A stretch of 64,000 nt of DNA, from positions 24,941 through 88,940 of the forward strand of contig CAZSDP010000003.1 of the NCBI GenBank assembly GCA_964605665.1, read 5' to 3'. Shown here in pieces: positions 10,701-19,051 of this stretch; position 1 is the stretch's first letter; each line of letters opens with the position of its first letter. Origin of the DNA: an uncultured Planctomycetia bacterium (lineage in GTDB: Bacteria; Planctomycetota; UBA8108; UBA1146). A program made the position numbers and the translations under genes. A model generated the notes under the pieces. The model was not told the DNA's origin. It saw only the letters and a list, made by a program, of their open reading frames with translations, and did not search any database.

Positions 10701-10947
10701 TGTCGATCGTTGCCATATCGCGTGGAGCCAAGGCATTCCGGTCGCAGCAGAGATCCTCGACATCAAGTCGACCGCGACCGATGAACCGAGTGATGCTGAG
10801 TTGGAACGGATACGTGAGAGGTCGACTCTGCAACTCGAAGCCTACCGGGCCGCGATCGGAGAGTTGCTCCAACTCGAGGAGAGTCAGATCGTGGCGAAGC
10901 TACTGATCGCTCCCGGAGGTCAGATCGTACCGATCTCTTCGGAGTGA
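7729..10947 (+). CDS. addA: UvrD/Rep-family helicase with C-terminal RecB-type nuclease (AddA-like)
   Basis: It starts at MISQFPCHRLIRASAGSGKTYDL (Walker A). Downstream UvrD motifs include TFTRKAAGEI and VDEFQDTS, and the C-terminal nuclease has VDRCHIAW...ILDIKSTA. A 4-nt overlap with the upstream gene indicates translational coupling. Confidence 0.7.
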   Translation: MISQFPCHRLIRASAGSGKTYDLVHRYIGLISTGVDPTRILATTFTRKAAGEILGRILLRLAEATIDTEKRAEMNRSLPGPLDGESTEALLRSMCRKLPELQIETLDAVFHRIASVHSLELDLPPDWKIGDQATLARIRQRAIHDWLEKDPAVALEVMRRLSRGDLQRSVTKQVDELIVELHSLWIESPEKAWDTFVVPPAPGNDELKDAVCSLKSLSIPQTKSGAPRKRYKNAHQKILETLETADYTQFIKQTLIQKVLDHSGRFDSAEIPSSWTEALEVPIEFARHQELKHLTQQNCASRDLLAAYDRLETTRQDDQGLYDFLTVTRRIAERSLTEEIHAVYERIDGRIDHLLLDEFQDTSLLQWCVLAPIVEELSSGPPLERSVFCVGDAKQAIYGWRGGRRELFDVVENYLGPESSRSKEVSFRSSPVILDVVNQVFSKVEMSFDEEQDAETAKEWRADFPPHRAHQEELPGYAELRIARADSAGGAPGLTVYLRAIETVLELQNRDPDCSIGVLLRKNKLVAPMIDLLREAGIDASQDGGNPLTDSPAVNRILACLTIADHPGDRASAFAVIESRLGEFLGLSDPADVGRTAEVGRRIRADLLQGGYGETVARLAQAIAPSCNDRDRSRLEQLIRFAARFDDERGLRPREFIEKVSQIPIESPSGSPVKVMTMHRSKGLEFDAVILPQLVDSWFSPTPKMLATASDPILPADRITRYPNEALRLLCPEQLDPIYQLYRKERITEAISLLYVALTRARHGLYLWVPERKKEGKSLNFAKLLLQSLCSDREGENDQQLELDDESDLPIFQTGDENWIETLQKTSTAELPKGEDALVEATIDLSDEATVPEVGRSPDTLPPPSQRRSIPLQTSVVDPLQLAKRRRARRLGIAIHRLIESITWIEEGDPSVSVNENASRLVGEYFPFAEPALGAVLQFLQMPEVEEHFSQLHTRARLTAIAGREPDHIDCEREFLYGRNSLDATTPEIGVVDRCHIAWSQGIPVAAEILDIKSTATDEPSDAELERIRERSTLQLEAYRAAIGELLQLEESQIVAKLLIAPGGQIVPISSE

Positions 10948-10988
10948 TCATCTCGACCTCTCAGCAGAGATCGGCGAGAATCCCCACC

Positions 10989-11930
10989 ATGTGGACATCA
11001 AAGTACATCGACTCCCATACCCTCGGAGAGCCGACTCGGCTGGTCTTGGAACCTCCCGAAGAACTCCGAGCACTCTCCGCCAAGGCGGGGGCAGAGGCTC
11101 TCACCTCTGAGCTGTTTCCGATCGCGCGTCGAGTGGTCGGCGAACCGCGAACATCCGATGCAGCTGTCGGCGCGTTCTTACTTCCGCCCCAAGACCCTTC
11201 GCACGACCACGCCGTACTCTTTTTCAATGACGTTGGGCCTCTCGCGATGTGTGTTCACGGGCTCATCGGAGTGATGGCGAGTCTTCGCTATCTGGGCGAT
11301 CAGCAGAAGGAGACTCTCCTCTTTGAAACTCCTGCGGGAACGGTTCAAGCCTCTTCCCATGAAGATGGCTCGATCTCCGTGGAAAATGTCCACAGTTATC
11401 GCTCCGCGACTCGCGTTCCGATCATCACTTCGAGTGGTCCCCTACGGGGTGAAATCGCTTGGGGTGGTAACTGGTTCTTCCATCTCGAATCTCCCCTGCC
11501 GATCGAATTAGAAAATCGCCAGTCGTTGCTCGATCTGACTCGGGAGATTCGCGTCGCGCTCGACGAGGGAGCATTGACTGGAGATGACGGCGCCCCCATC
11601 GATCACGTTGGGCTCTTTGAAAAGCCGGTGCGTTCAGAGAGTGGGCTCACCACCAAAAACTTCGTCCTTTGCCCCGGTGGAGCCTTTGACCGATCGCCGT
11701 GTGGAACAGGAACGAGTGCTTGGCTCGCCGCTCGACATGCGGCGGGAGAACTGGAGCCAGGCGAAGTGGTCAGTGTGGAGAGTGTGATCGGTTCTCGCTT
11801 CGACGGCTCGATTCGTCTCGATGAAGCTGGCGCGGTGATTCCCAGCATTCGTGGAGCCGCTCATGTCGTCGCCGAGGGCCAACTGGTCGCAGAAGAGAGC
11901 GACCCTTTTCTCGGTGGTCTACCGAAATAA
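10989..11930 (+). CDS. Proline racemase / 4-hydroxyproline 2-epimerase family protein
   Basis: YIDSHTLGEPTR N-terminal motif. Both catalytic Cys motifs are present (AMCVHG and DRSPCGTGTSA), which implies a racemase/epimerase rather than a dehydratase. The start is taken at MWTSKY; the track ORF begins 45 nt upstream. Confidence 0.75.
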   Translation: MWTSKYIDSHTLGEPTRLVLEPPEELRALSAKAGAEALTSELFPIARRVVGEPRTSDAAVGAFLLPPQDPSHDHAVLFFNDVGPLAMCVHGLIGVMASLRYLGDQQKETLLFETPAGTVQASSHEDGSISVENVHSYRSATRVPIITSSGPLRGEIAWGGNWFFHLESPLPIELENRQSLLDLTREIRVALDEGALTGDDGAPIDHVGLFEKPVRSESGLTTKNFVLCPGGAFDRSPCGTGTSAWLAARHAAGELEPGEVVSVESVIGSRFDGSIRLDEAGAVIPSIRGAAHVVAEGQLVAEESDPFLGGLPK

Positions 11931-12020
11931 GGGCCGATCTTGAAGAACTCCGATCGTCCAAACCCCGAACCGCATCAACAAAACCAGTTGCACCGCGTAC
12001 GGATCAGCATTCGACCGTCG

Positions 12021-14036
12021 CTACGGGCAAACTGGTGGAGTCTCGCAATCCAACACCTCGACCCGCGGATCAAATCCACAATCGGGGAACGGTGCTGATG
12101 GCCGCGGCCCCGCACCGATCGAGAAGTAAATCACGAACACCCCATCTGCTACATCGATGAAATCATCGTTGTTCGCGTCAGCGACCAGAAGACACTCCGG
12201 CTCCATTCCAACGCCAGAGATGTACTGTAGCAGCAAGATCCCATCCGCCAAATTCACCATCAAATCCTCATTGAGATCAGCGCGGATGAATCGAGTGCCG
12301 CACTCATCGGGGATACCATTCATGTCTAGATCCTCGCTGGTCCCCGAGAGGAGATCGCAGGCATCTGCGAGTCCGTTGCGATTGCAGTCTTCCGCCACCC
12401 CTGTCACCAGATCACACTCGTCGGGGATGAAGTTCCCATCGCAATCGGTCGAGAGTCCGAAGAAAATATCGCAGTCATCCGGATTTCCGTTCGAGTTGCA
12501 ATCTGGCACCGACCCGGAAGAGATGTCGCAATCGTCCGGAGCTCCATTGGCATTACAATCCGACTCACAAGCATCGAGCAATCCGTTGCCGTTACAGTCC
12601 TCGAGTGCGATCTCACAGATGTCGATCTCCCCATTGAGATCGCAATCTTCCGCTCCTGCGAGGAGATCACAGAGATCGATCACTCCATTCCCGTCACAAT
12701 CGGTCGCCGCACCAGAAATCAGTTCGCACTCATCCGGAATGTTGTTTCCATCGCAGTCCGTCAAAGCGCCGGTCGCAAACTGACAGAGGTCTGGAGTCCC
12801 ATCGAGGTCACAGTCTGTTCCTCCCACGACAAATCGGTGCACGGTTCCACTTCCAAAACCGAAAGTATTGTCGAGAAACGCTCCCGCGATGATTTCACCG
12901 TCATAGATCGAAACTGAGCCACCGAGCAAGGAGCCGACCACTGGCACCGAAGCGGTCACGGTATCGATCACTGAAAAAATGGACCCGTCGTCAAAGAAGC
13001 GATGGGCTGCACCAGCGGCGAAGGCACCGCCGGCAGTGGCGAATGGTTCACCGATCACCGCTTCGTTCCCTTCAAGAGCGAGGGAAGACCCGAAGAACTG
13101 ATTCGGACCTGGTGACGGAGAAACGATCACTGGAGCCTCTTCCCAGGCGTTTCCATCACGGCGGAAAGGGATCACCGCCCCAGCATCGGGCTCACTCGAA
13201 GAGGAAAAGGGAGCTCCCGCTAGAATCAAATTGGGAGTCATCGCCAGCGAGGTGCCGAGGAGTTCTCCTCCCACCGCCGTGGCTGAAGTCAACTGGTGGG
13301 TTTCTCTCCAGTCATCCCCGACATTCGCGAACACCACGACCGAACCTGCGTCGAGAAAACCTTGATTCGACTCCGGTGCTCCCACTGCGATTCGATCGCC
13401 GGAGATCGCAACCGCAGTCCCAAATGCGTCTCCTTGGTCCCCAACACTGGAAGCCAATTTTGCCTCGTGGGTCCATACGCCTGCGACTCTACGAAACACT
13501 GAAGCGCTGCCCACTTCATTACCCGCGAGATCGATGTCAAATGGACTTCCCACCACGATGACGTCTCCCGAGATGGCGACGCTCGCTCCAAATTCGTCAA
13601 AGGCTCCCCCATCTGGATCGGAGAGGGTGGCAACCTCATCCCAAGAGAAGCCGGAGAATTCGAAAACCCGCACCGAGCCGGAGTCGACTCCGAGAAGATC
13701 GTCTCCGCGGAGACCGACCACCAGGGTGGTTCCTTCGATCGCGAGGGCAGAGCCGGATTGATCCCCCGCGGCGAGGTCATCTGCAAAGAGAATCGAGCTG
13801 GAAATCCACTCCGATCCACTCCTGGTAAACACGTAGACCGCTCCCGCGCCAGGCGCGATCACACCGGAGCCAGGTGCACCGACGACCAACACGTCTTCCG
13901 ATCGGGTGACCGCGAACCCGTAACGGGCCCCGCCACCCACCCCGGTCGGTCGAATCTGATCGGTGAGGCACCATTGAGCAAAAGAGTTGGAGTGCAGCGC
14001 TGGAAGCAGGAGGGCCAGAAGGAGGATCGAGAGCAT
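12021..14036 (-). CDS. Secreted FG-GAP (integrin-alpha-like beta-propeller) repeat protein with eight Cys-rich Ca-binding DCxxNGxxDxC repeats and a C-terminal dockerin-like/Cys module
   Basis: Signal peptide MLSILLLALLLPALHSNSFAQ; start placed at this Met (14036), the track ORF runs to 14249. Several FG-GAP-like units (VGAPGSG...VYVF, AISGDVIVVGSP, AISGDRIAVGAPES...VVVF). Eight 16-aa repeats such as TDCDGNNIPDECE and EDCNRNGLADACD. The C-terminus is DLNEDLMVNLADG...ADANNDDFIDVADG...PSAPFPDCGFDPRVEVLDCETPPVCP. Confidence 0.7.
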   Translation of the reverse strand: MLSILLLALLLPALHSNSFAQWCLTDQIRPTGVGGGARYGFAVTRSEDVLVVGAPGSGVIAPGAGAVYVFTRSGSEWISSSILFADDLAAGDQSGSALAIEGTTLVVGLRGDDLLGVDSGSVRVFEFSGFSWDEVATLSDPDGGAFDEFGASVAISGDVIVVGSPFDIDLAGNEVGSASVFRRVAGVWTHEAKLASSVGDQGDAFGTAVAISGDRIAVGAPESNQGFLDAGSVVVFANVGDDWRETHQLTSATAVGGELLGTSLAMTPNLILAGAPFSSSSEPDAGAVIPFRRDGNAWEEAPVIVSPSPGPNQFFGSSLALEGNEAVIGEPFATAGGAFAAGAAHRFFDDGSIFSVIDTVTASVPVVGSLLGGSVSIYDGEIIAGAFLDNTFGFGSGTVHRFVVGGTDCDLDGTPDLCQFATGALTDCDGNNIPDECELISGAATDCDGNGVIDLCDLLAGAEDCDLNGEIDICEIALEDCNGNGLLDACESDCNANGAPDDCDISSGSVPDCNSNGNPDDCDIFFGLSTDCDGNFIPDECDLVTGVAEDCNRNGLADACDLLSGTSEDLDMNGIPDECGTRFIRADLNEDLMVNLADGILLLQYISGVGMEPECLLVADANNDDFIDVADGVFVIYFSIGAGPRPSAPFPDCGFDPRVEVLDCETPPVCP
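12270..12825 (-). repeat. Coding tandem repeats, 8 copies of a 48-nt unit encoding DC(D/N)xNGxxDxC(D/E) (thrombospondin-type-3-like Ca-binding Cys repeats)
   Basis: Eight consecutive 16-aa units with conserved D-C-x-x-N-G-x-x-D-x-C-D/E spacing are visible in the translation. Confidence 0.55.
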
Positions 14037-14938
14037 CGAGCAGCGCTTTCCGCGACGATCGACGCACCGCGACTCTCCCCGACTCTCTGGCTCAACGTGG
14101 ATCTGAAAATTGGCTGAACTGCGTGAAGCTATCGCGTCGTTCGTCAGTCGATCGATTTCAAACGGTCTCTTCAACTGTGGAGCGGGGGCACCTCGAGATG
14201 CCATGAAACGACTCCTGTAGGCCGCCCGAAGGGGCAGCATTCTCCTCATCGATCACTCGAAGGGTGAACCCCAGCACTGGGTCCCATGGCAACCTCGCCA
14301 CGGATCTTCGAAACCGTGAGGTCTCCTCACACGCCTCCCGGTGGATCACCGGCGTCCGATAGAGTGGAAGGGAGCCGAATAGATGGTCGCAGCTCGAAGC
14401 TGGCGCGACGAAGATTTGGTCAGCGGCATTCGGTGGCGGAATGGAAGCACCGCGGATCAAAACCTCGGTTAAGAGACGTCGAAAAACAACATCTAAAAAC
14501 CGCGCTACGATCGCCGCGGGCACATCTGGACCACGACAACCGCTGACAAGTGGGCAGCCTCAATCTTGGACACTGCCTGGACGACCTACTGAACAAACAG
14601 CGAGGGCAAAGGAAATTTCCCCCCAACCCCTCTTGCTCAATGATCTGTTTATTCAAGAAGTCGAGCCGCCACCAATTTAAGTGCAGAGGTGGATGCGGTC
14701 AAGGAGCAAGACAAACCCGCGCCCTGTCGCGCTTCTCGAGAAATCGCGCAGCAATGCTGCCGTCACGAGTGATTCGCTGAGAATCATTGCTCTGAAAAGA
14801 TTGTCGAAGCCCACTCTTTACCGCGTTACATCGCCTCGGAGAGTCGGGGCGAGGTCGAGCCAAACACTCACCGTTCGACTGTGGCGTCCCCCACAATCAT
14901 CGCGCAAGCCTCCCGCCTCGAATGTGGTCAATCTTCGC

Positions 14939-16420
14939 TCAGAAGGGATCCCCCAACTTCCGGGGCCAGCTCTCTGGAGGGGCCTGCGGCTCGGGGTCTC
15001 CACCTGGGCGAATGTGATCGAGAATTCCCGCTGCATCTTGGTCATAGGCGACTCGCCCACCCACCACAGTCCACTGAGGAAGCGTGAGATAATGGAGCAG
15101 ATCCCCATCGGTGATCACGAAGTCAGCGTCTTTTCCGACCTCAATCGACCCCACCCGATGATCGACTCCAAGCAACCTCGCCGCATCCAACGTGATCGCT
15201 TTCACCGCAGCTTCGTCCGGCATCCCGCCACGCACCGCGAACGCCGCTTCGAGTGGTAAGTTGAGAAGATCTCGCCCAGCGAGGCCGGAAAGTGAAATTC
15301 CGCCCCCCGCGGCGAAGAGACTTCCCACGGGGAAGATGGCGAAGGTGACCCCATGGCGATGCAGAATCGATGCATTTTCGATCGAACCGCCGTTCGGTGC
15401 GACTCTGAGATCATTTCGATCACGTCGCGCCCTTGGCGTCAAAACAAGCTGAGCGCCAGAACGCGCGATTTCAGGAGCGACAATCCACCCCTCCTCAGCC
15501 CCCTGGATCACCAGAGCGAAGTCGAAACGTTCCGCCAAAGCACAGATGTCGCGGATCTCCTGAGCTTCCGAAAGACGAATCCACCCCACGACCTTGCGAT
15601 CGATCAATCTCTCCGCGGTGGAGTACAAGCCGCGGATCCACTTACGATCGAGGTCTTTGAGTTCTGGATCTTCCTTCTTCTTTTCTTCGTGCCGTACCAG
15701 CTCCCGTTTGAATTCACGAATCCGCTCGAGAGCTTCTCGAAGCTCCCGTCGTGACGCTGGATTTCTCGTGGAGTATCTCAAGTTCACAAACGAAGTCGTC
15801 CCCAAGTCGATCTCATCGAGAGTGCCGTAGGCGAGTTTGACGATGTTGTTTCCGGTGCGAGCGGTCGTCACTCCCCCCGCCAACGCGAGGAGTAAGTTGA
15901 ACGCATACGGATTGGTCGATTTTGGACTCGAGACGATTCCGGAAGAATCGATCGCAACCAAACCCGGATAGACGTGATGCCCGTCGACCGCCAATGTTTC
16001 ACAATCTGACGGCAGAGGGAGATCGACTCCAATCTCGTGAATGCGACCGTTCTTGCAAAGAATCGTCCCCGCCTCGATCACCCCATCAGAGACGGTGTGG
16101 ATCATTCCTCCCACTACGGCGAACCAACGATCGTCCGGTTCCTCGGCAGATTCTTCCTCGTCGTTCTGCTGTTCCTTCGCTTTCTGCGACGGCTCGCCTG
16201 ACTTGTTCCGGCGTCCTGGGCGTCGTCGCGGACGGGGAGGATCGTCCGCCTCCTCCGATCCCTTTTCCAATGCGGCTTCCACGGCCTCGGGCGACGGTAA
16301 GGGCAAAATCTGAGCGGAAGTGGAGCCCACCGCCGTCAGGAGCAAAAGAATCAGGAGTAGCATCCGATCGCTCCGCCACAAAGCTCGCACAACCTGGGAG
16401 TCTGAACCGATGCCTCTCAT
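14939..16420 (-). CDS. Secreted amidohydrolase-fold protein, paralog 1 of 8 (COG1228-like), with a K/E-rich insert
   Basis: Signal peptide MLLLILLLLTAVGSTSAQ. C-terminal amidohydrolase signature AVKAITLDAARLLGVDHRVGSIEVGKDADFVITDGDLL. The HxH position reads IDSSG and appears lost. The start at MRGIG makes an ATGA overlap with the upstream paralog. Confidence 0.7.
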   Translation of the reverse strand: MRGIGSDSQVVRALWRSDRMLLLILLLLTAVGSTSAQILPLPSPEAVEAALEKGSEEADDPPRPRRRPGRRNKSGEPSQKAKEQQNDEEESAEEPDDRWFAVVGGMIHTVSDGVIEAGTILCKNGRIHEIGVDLPLPSDCETLAVDGHHVYPGLVAIDSSGIVSSPKSTNPYAFNLLLALAGGVTTARTGNNIVKLAYGTLDEIDLGTTSFVNLRYSTRNPASRRELREALERIREFKRELVRHEEKKKEDPELKDLDRKWIRGLYSTAERLIDRKVVGWIRLSEAQEIRDICALAERFDFALVIQGAEEGWIVAPEIARSGAQLVLTPRARRDRNDLRVAPNGGSIENASILHRHGVTFAIFPVGSLFAAGGGISLSGLAGRDLLNLPLEAAFAVRGGMPDEAAVKAITLDAARLLGVDHRVGSIEVGKDADFVITDGDLLHYLTLPQWTVVGGRVAYDQDAAGILDHIRPGGDPEPQAPPESWPRKLGDPF

Positions 16421-17829
16421 CGCCCCTCCTCCCAAACCCACTCACCCGCAATCATCGTTCGTGTCACTCGAGTCGCCGCGGCAAAAGGATCGCCATCGAG
16501 GAAGATGAGATCTGCAGAACGTCCCTTCTCGATCGCACCACACGTCTCCGCAATTCCCAAGAACTGCGCCGGAGCCTCGGTGATCGCCCGGAGAGCAACA
16601 TCTCGGTCGAGACCCTGCCGGATCAAGTCGGCGATTCGGCTCCGCCACCGGGAAAACTCGAGAGCAGAGTCGGAGCTCGGAACGAAGATCACCGTCGCTC
16701 CTGCACGAGACACCTCCGCTGGGAGATGGACGCGACTGACGGTATTGGGCAGATTTGTGATTCTCGGTTGCAAGATCACCGTCGCTCCCCATTCGCCCAG
16801 CGTCGGGAACATTTGACGTTGCTCCAAACGCGAGTTTGGAACGAATTGGATGTTCCGATGCTTCTCGGTCGCCAACTGGGGATATTCCGACACGATCTGT
16901 TCCCAATGTAGAAAGCTCCCGGCGTCGGTCAGTTCGACCATCAGGGAGAGAGAGGTGGAATCTTCACGAAGGATCGAAACCAACGGTTGTAGTTCGTCTG
17001 GAATCTCCGGAGGGACGAATCGAGCAGGCTTCTTCGGAGCCTCCTCACCGGATTCTTTCTCGGCGGACGATCCACTCTCATCCGCCTCAGGAGGAGCAAC
17101 GCCAGGAGGTTTCTTCTCCCCCGCTTCTTTCTTTTGCTTCGCCTCCGCTTTCTTCTTCTCTTCTGCTTGCTTCTTGTCCCACTCCGCTTTCGCCTTCTCT
17201 GCTTTTTCGATCTCCTTTTTTGCCCGATTGAGTCCCTTTTCGAGAGTGCTGCGGTCGCGACTGACCCGGGTCATCGTAATCGGAAGATAGGCATCTTCCC
17301 GCAAGATCACCGTCTCTTTAGCCACCGGAGGACGCACCACTCCGGCACGTCCCAGAATCCCGGAGCCACTCGGAACATACGCAGCAGCGACGATGCCCGC
17401 CCTGAGAAACGCCTCACCGTCGACCCGATCCGCGTCGACCTCGGAGGTCGCACGAAGTTGTCCGAAGACTCCTTGCCTCCGATATGAGGGGAGACCAAAG
17501 CGGGTTCGGGCGACCACGAGACCAGGCATCACCGTTTCTGACCGCGCTGAAATTCTCCGCGCACCGGGAGGGACTTCGAGATTTTGCCCCACCAGAGTGA
17601 TCTCGCCATCCTCGATGACGACCATTCCCGGAGAGTAGTCCTCTCCCGTGACGGTGATCACCCTTCCCGCATCGATCACCACTAAGCGATCCGATTCTGG
17701 AGTCGCCTCGACATTCGTCGACGCGATCAAAAGCACGACGAGGAGCACCCACGGGAGTTGCTCGCTTCTGCGAATCGAGCGCCGGCTAAAAGACACGCTC
17801 CACCTCCGCGTCATAGACCAACTTTCCAT
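16417..17829 (-). CDS. Secreted amidohydrolase-fold protein, paralog 2, with a long Lys/Glu-rich coiled-coil insert
   Basis: Signal peptide LPWVLLVVLLIASTNVEA. Insert KKEIEKAEKAKAEWDKKQAEEKKKAEAKQKKEAGEKK. C-terminal motif ALRAITEAPAQFLGIAETCGAIEKGRSADLIFLDGDPF. No HxH (PGLVVARTRFG). Confidence 0.7.
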   Translation of the reverse strand: MESWSMTRRWSVSFSRRSIRRSEQLPWVLLVVLLIASTNVEATPESDRLVVIDAGRVITVTGEDYSPGMVVIEDGEITLVGQNLEVPPGARRISARSETVMPGLVVARTRFGLPSYRRQGVFGQLRATSEVDADRVDGEAFLRAGIVAAAYVPSGSGILGRAGVVRPPVAKETVILREDAYLPITMTRVSRDRSTLEKGLNRAKKEIEKAEKAKAEWDKKQAEEKKKAEAKQKKEAGEKKPPGVAPPEADESGSSAEKESGEEAPKKPARFVPPEIPDELQPLVSILREDSTSLSLMVELTDAGSFLHWEQIVSEYPQLATEKHRNIQFVPNSRLEQRQMFPTLGEWGATVILQPRITNLPNTVSRVHLPAEVSRAGATVIFVPSSDSALEFSRWRSRIADLIRQGLDRDVALRAITEAPAQFLGIAETCGAIEKGRSADLIFLDGDPFAAATRVTRTMIAGEWVWEEGR

Positions 17830-19051
17830 CGACCACCGTCAAATCGCACCGATTTCGCGGATCGAGAGGATCACCTGACCACAGTCCGAAACTCGCCTCT
17901 TTGCCCACCTCGATCGATCCTTGCTCGGTGAGCATCAGTGACTCCGCCGGAACCTGGGTAATTCCCTTGAGAGCCTCGTAAGGAGTCCAACCGAAGTAAC
18001 AAGCAATCGCCGCTTGAAAGGCCAGCTCCTCTTGCGGAATCACCGGCGCGTCGGTGTTGATGCCGAGATGACGGACGCCACCCTCCCACCAACGAGCTGC
18101 ATTTCCAAAGATCTTGCGCTGGGTTCGATCGAACTGTAACTGCCGGGGACCGTTGATCACTCTCAGCGACTCATCTTCGAGCACCAGCGGAGCGATCTTG
18201 TACCCATCGAAGGTGCAGTGATCGAGAACGGTTCGGATACCGAACTTCCGTGCCAACATATCAACAGTCGTCATCATCACCTGGTAACCCTGAGTGTGAA
18301 CTGAAGCGACAAATTGACGCTCGAAGAGGCCGCGAAACGGCTCGAAGATCGGGTCCGGATCGGGTTTCTCTGCCGACTTCCCTGCTTCGAAATCACTCCA
18401 ACGTCGATGGTATTCGTAGGCTTTCTCGAGGGTCTGACGGGTGTTGAAGTTCATGAAGGAACGACCGGTTCGTCGTCCGCCGAAGAAGTAACTCTCCGGA
18501 TTTCCCGCCTGCGCCACTTTGATCGACCCATAAGGTTTGACCACCGCCTCCTCGACGGTGCCCCCGCCCGTGCGCAGCAAGGTGCCAAACCCCGACATGT
18601 TGTTCCCGCTGCCGGGGATCGTCAGGACGGTCGTCACCCCTGCAGCGCGCGCTCGCTCCATGTTCTTCGATTCAGTGACGATCGACTCCAACGTTCGATA
18701 CCCGGGATTGGTGAGGAATACATAGTCGTGGAGATCGGGTGAACTTCCTCCGGTGTGGTTGTGAGCATCCACCATCCCTGGGACGAGCCAGTGGTGCGGT
18801 CGGTCGATCACCTCTGCCCCGGAGGGGAGATCGATCGTCCCGACCTTCCCGACCGCGGTGATCTGACGCCCCTTCACAATGACGATCGCTCGATTGATCA
18901 CCGTGTCTTTCTCATCCATGGTCAGCACTTTGCCAACCTTGAAGACACGCACCTGATCATCGGCATACACTGGAATGCACAGCATCGACAGGAGCAGCAA
19001 CGCGCAGAATTTCCTGGCCCACCGATGAACGTCGTTCTGATCATAGATCAT
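17786..19051 (-). CDS. Secreted amidohydrolase, paralog 3; the only copy with an intact HxH metal-binding motif
   Basis: Signal peptide FCALLLLSMLCIPVYA. PGMVDAHNHTGG is a canonical amidohydrolase HxH strand. C-terminal motif IEVGKEASFGLWSGDPLD. ATGA overlap with paralog 4. Confidence 0.75.
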   Translation of the reverse strand: MIYDQNDVHRWARKFCALLLLSMLCIPVYADDQVRVFKVGKVLTMDEKDTVINRAIVIVKGRQITAVGKVGTIDLPSGAEVIDRPHHWLVPGMVDAHNHTGGSSPDLHDYVFLTNPGYRTLESIVTESKNMERARAAGVTTVLTIPGSGNNMSGFGTLLRTGGGTVEEAVVKPYGSIKVAQAGNPESYFFGGRRTGRSFMNFNTRQTLEKAYEYHRRWSDFEAGKSAEKPDPDPIFEPFRGLFERQFVASVHTQGYQVMMTTVDMLARKFGIRTVLDHCTFDGYKIAPLVLEDESLRVINGPRQLQFDRTQRKIFGNAARWWEGGVRHLGINTDAPVIPQEELAFQAAIACYFGWTPYEALKGITQVPAESLMLTEQGSIEVGKEASFGLWSGDPLDPRNRCDLTVVDGKLVYDAEVERVF

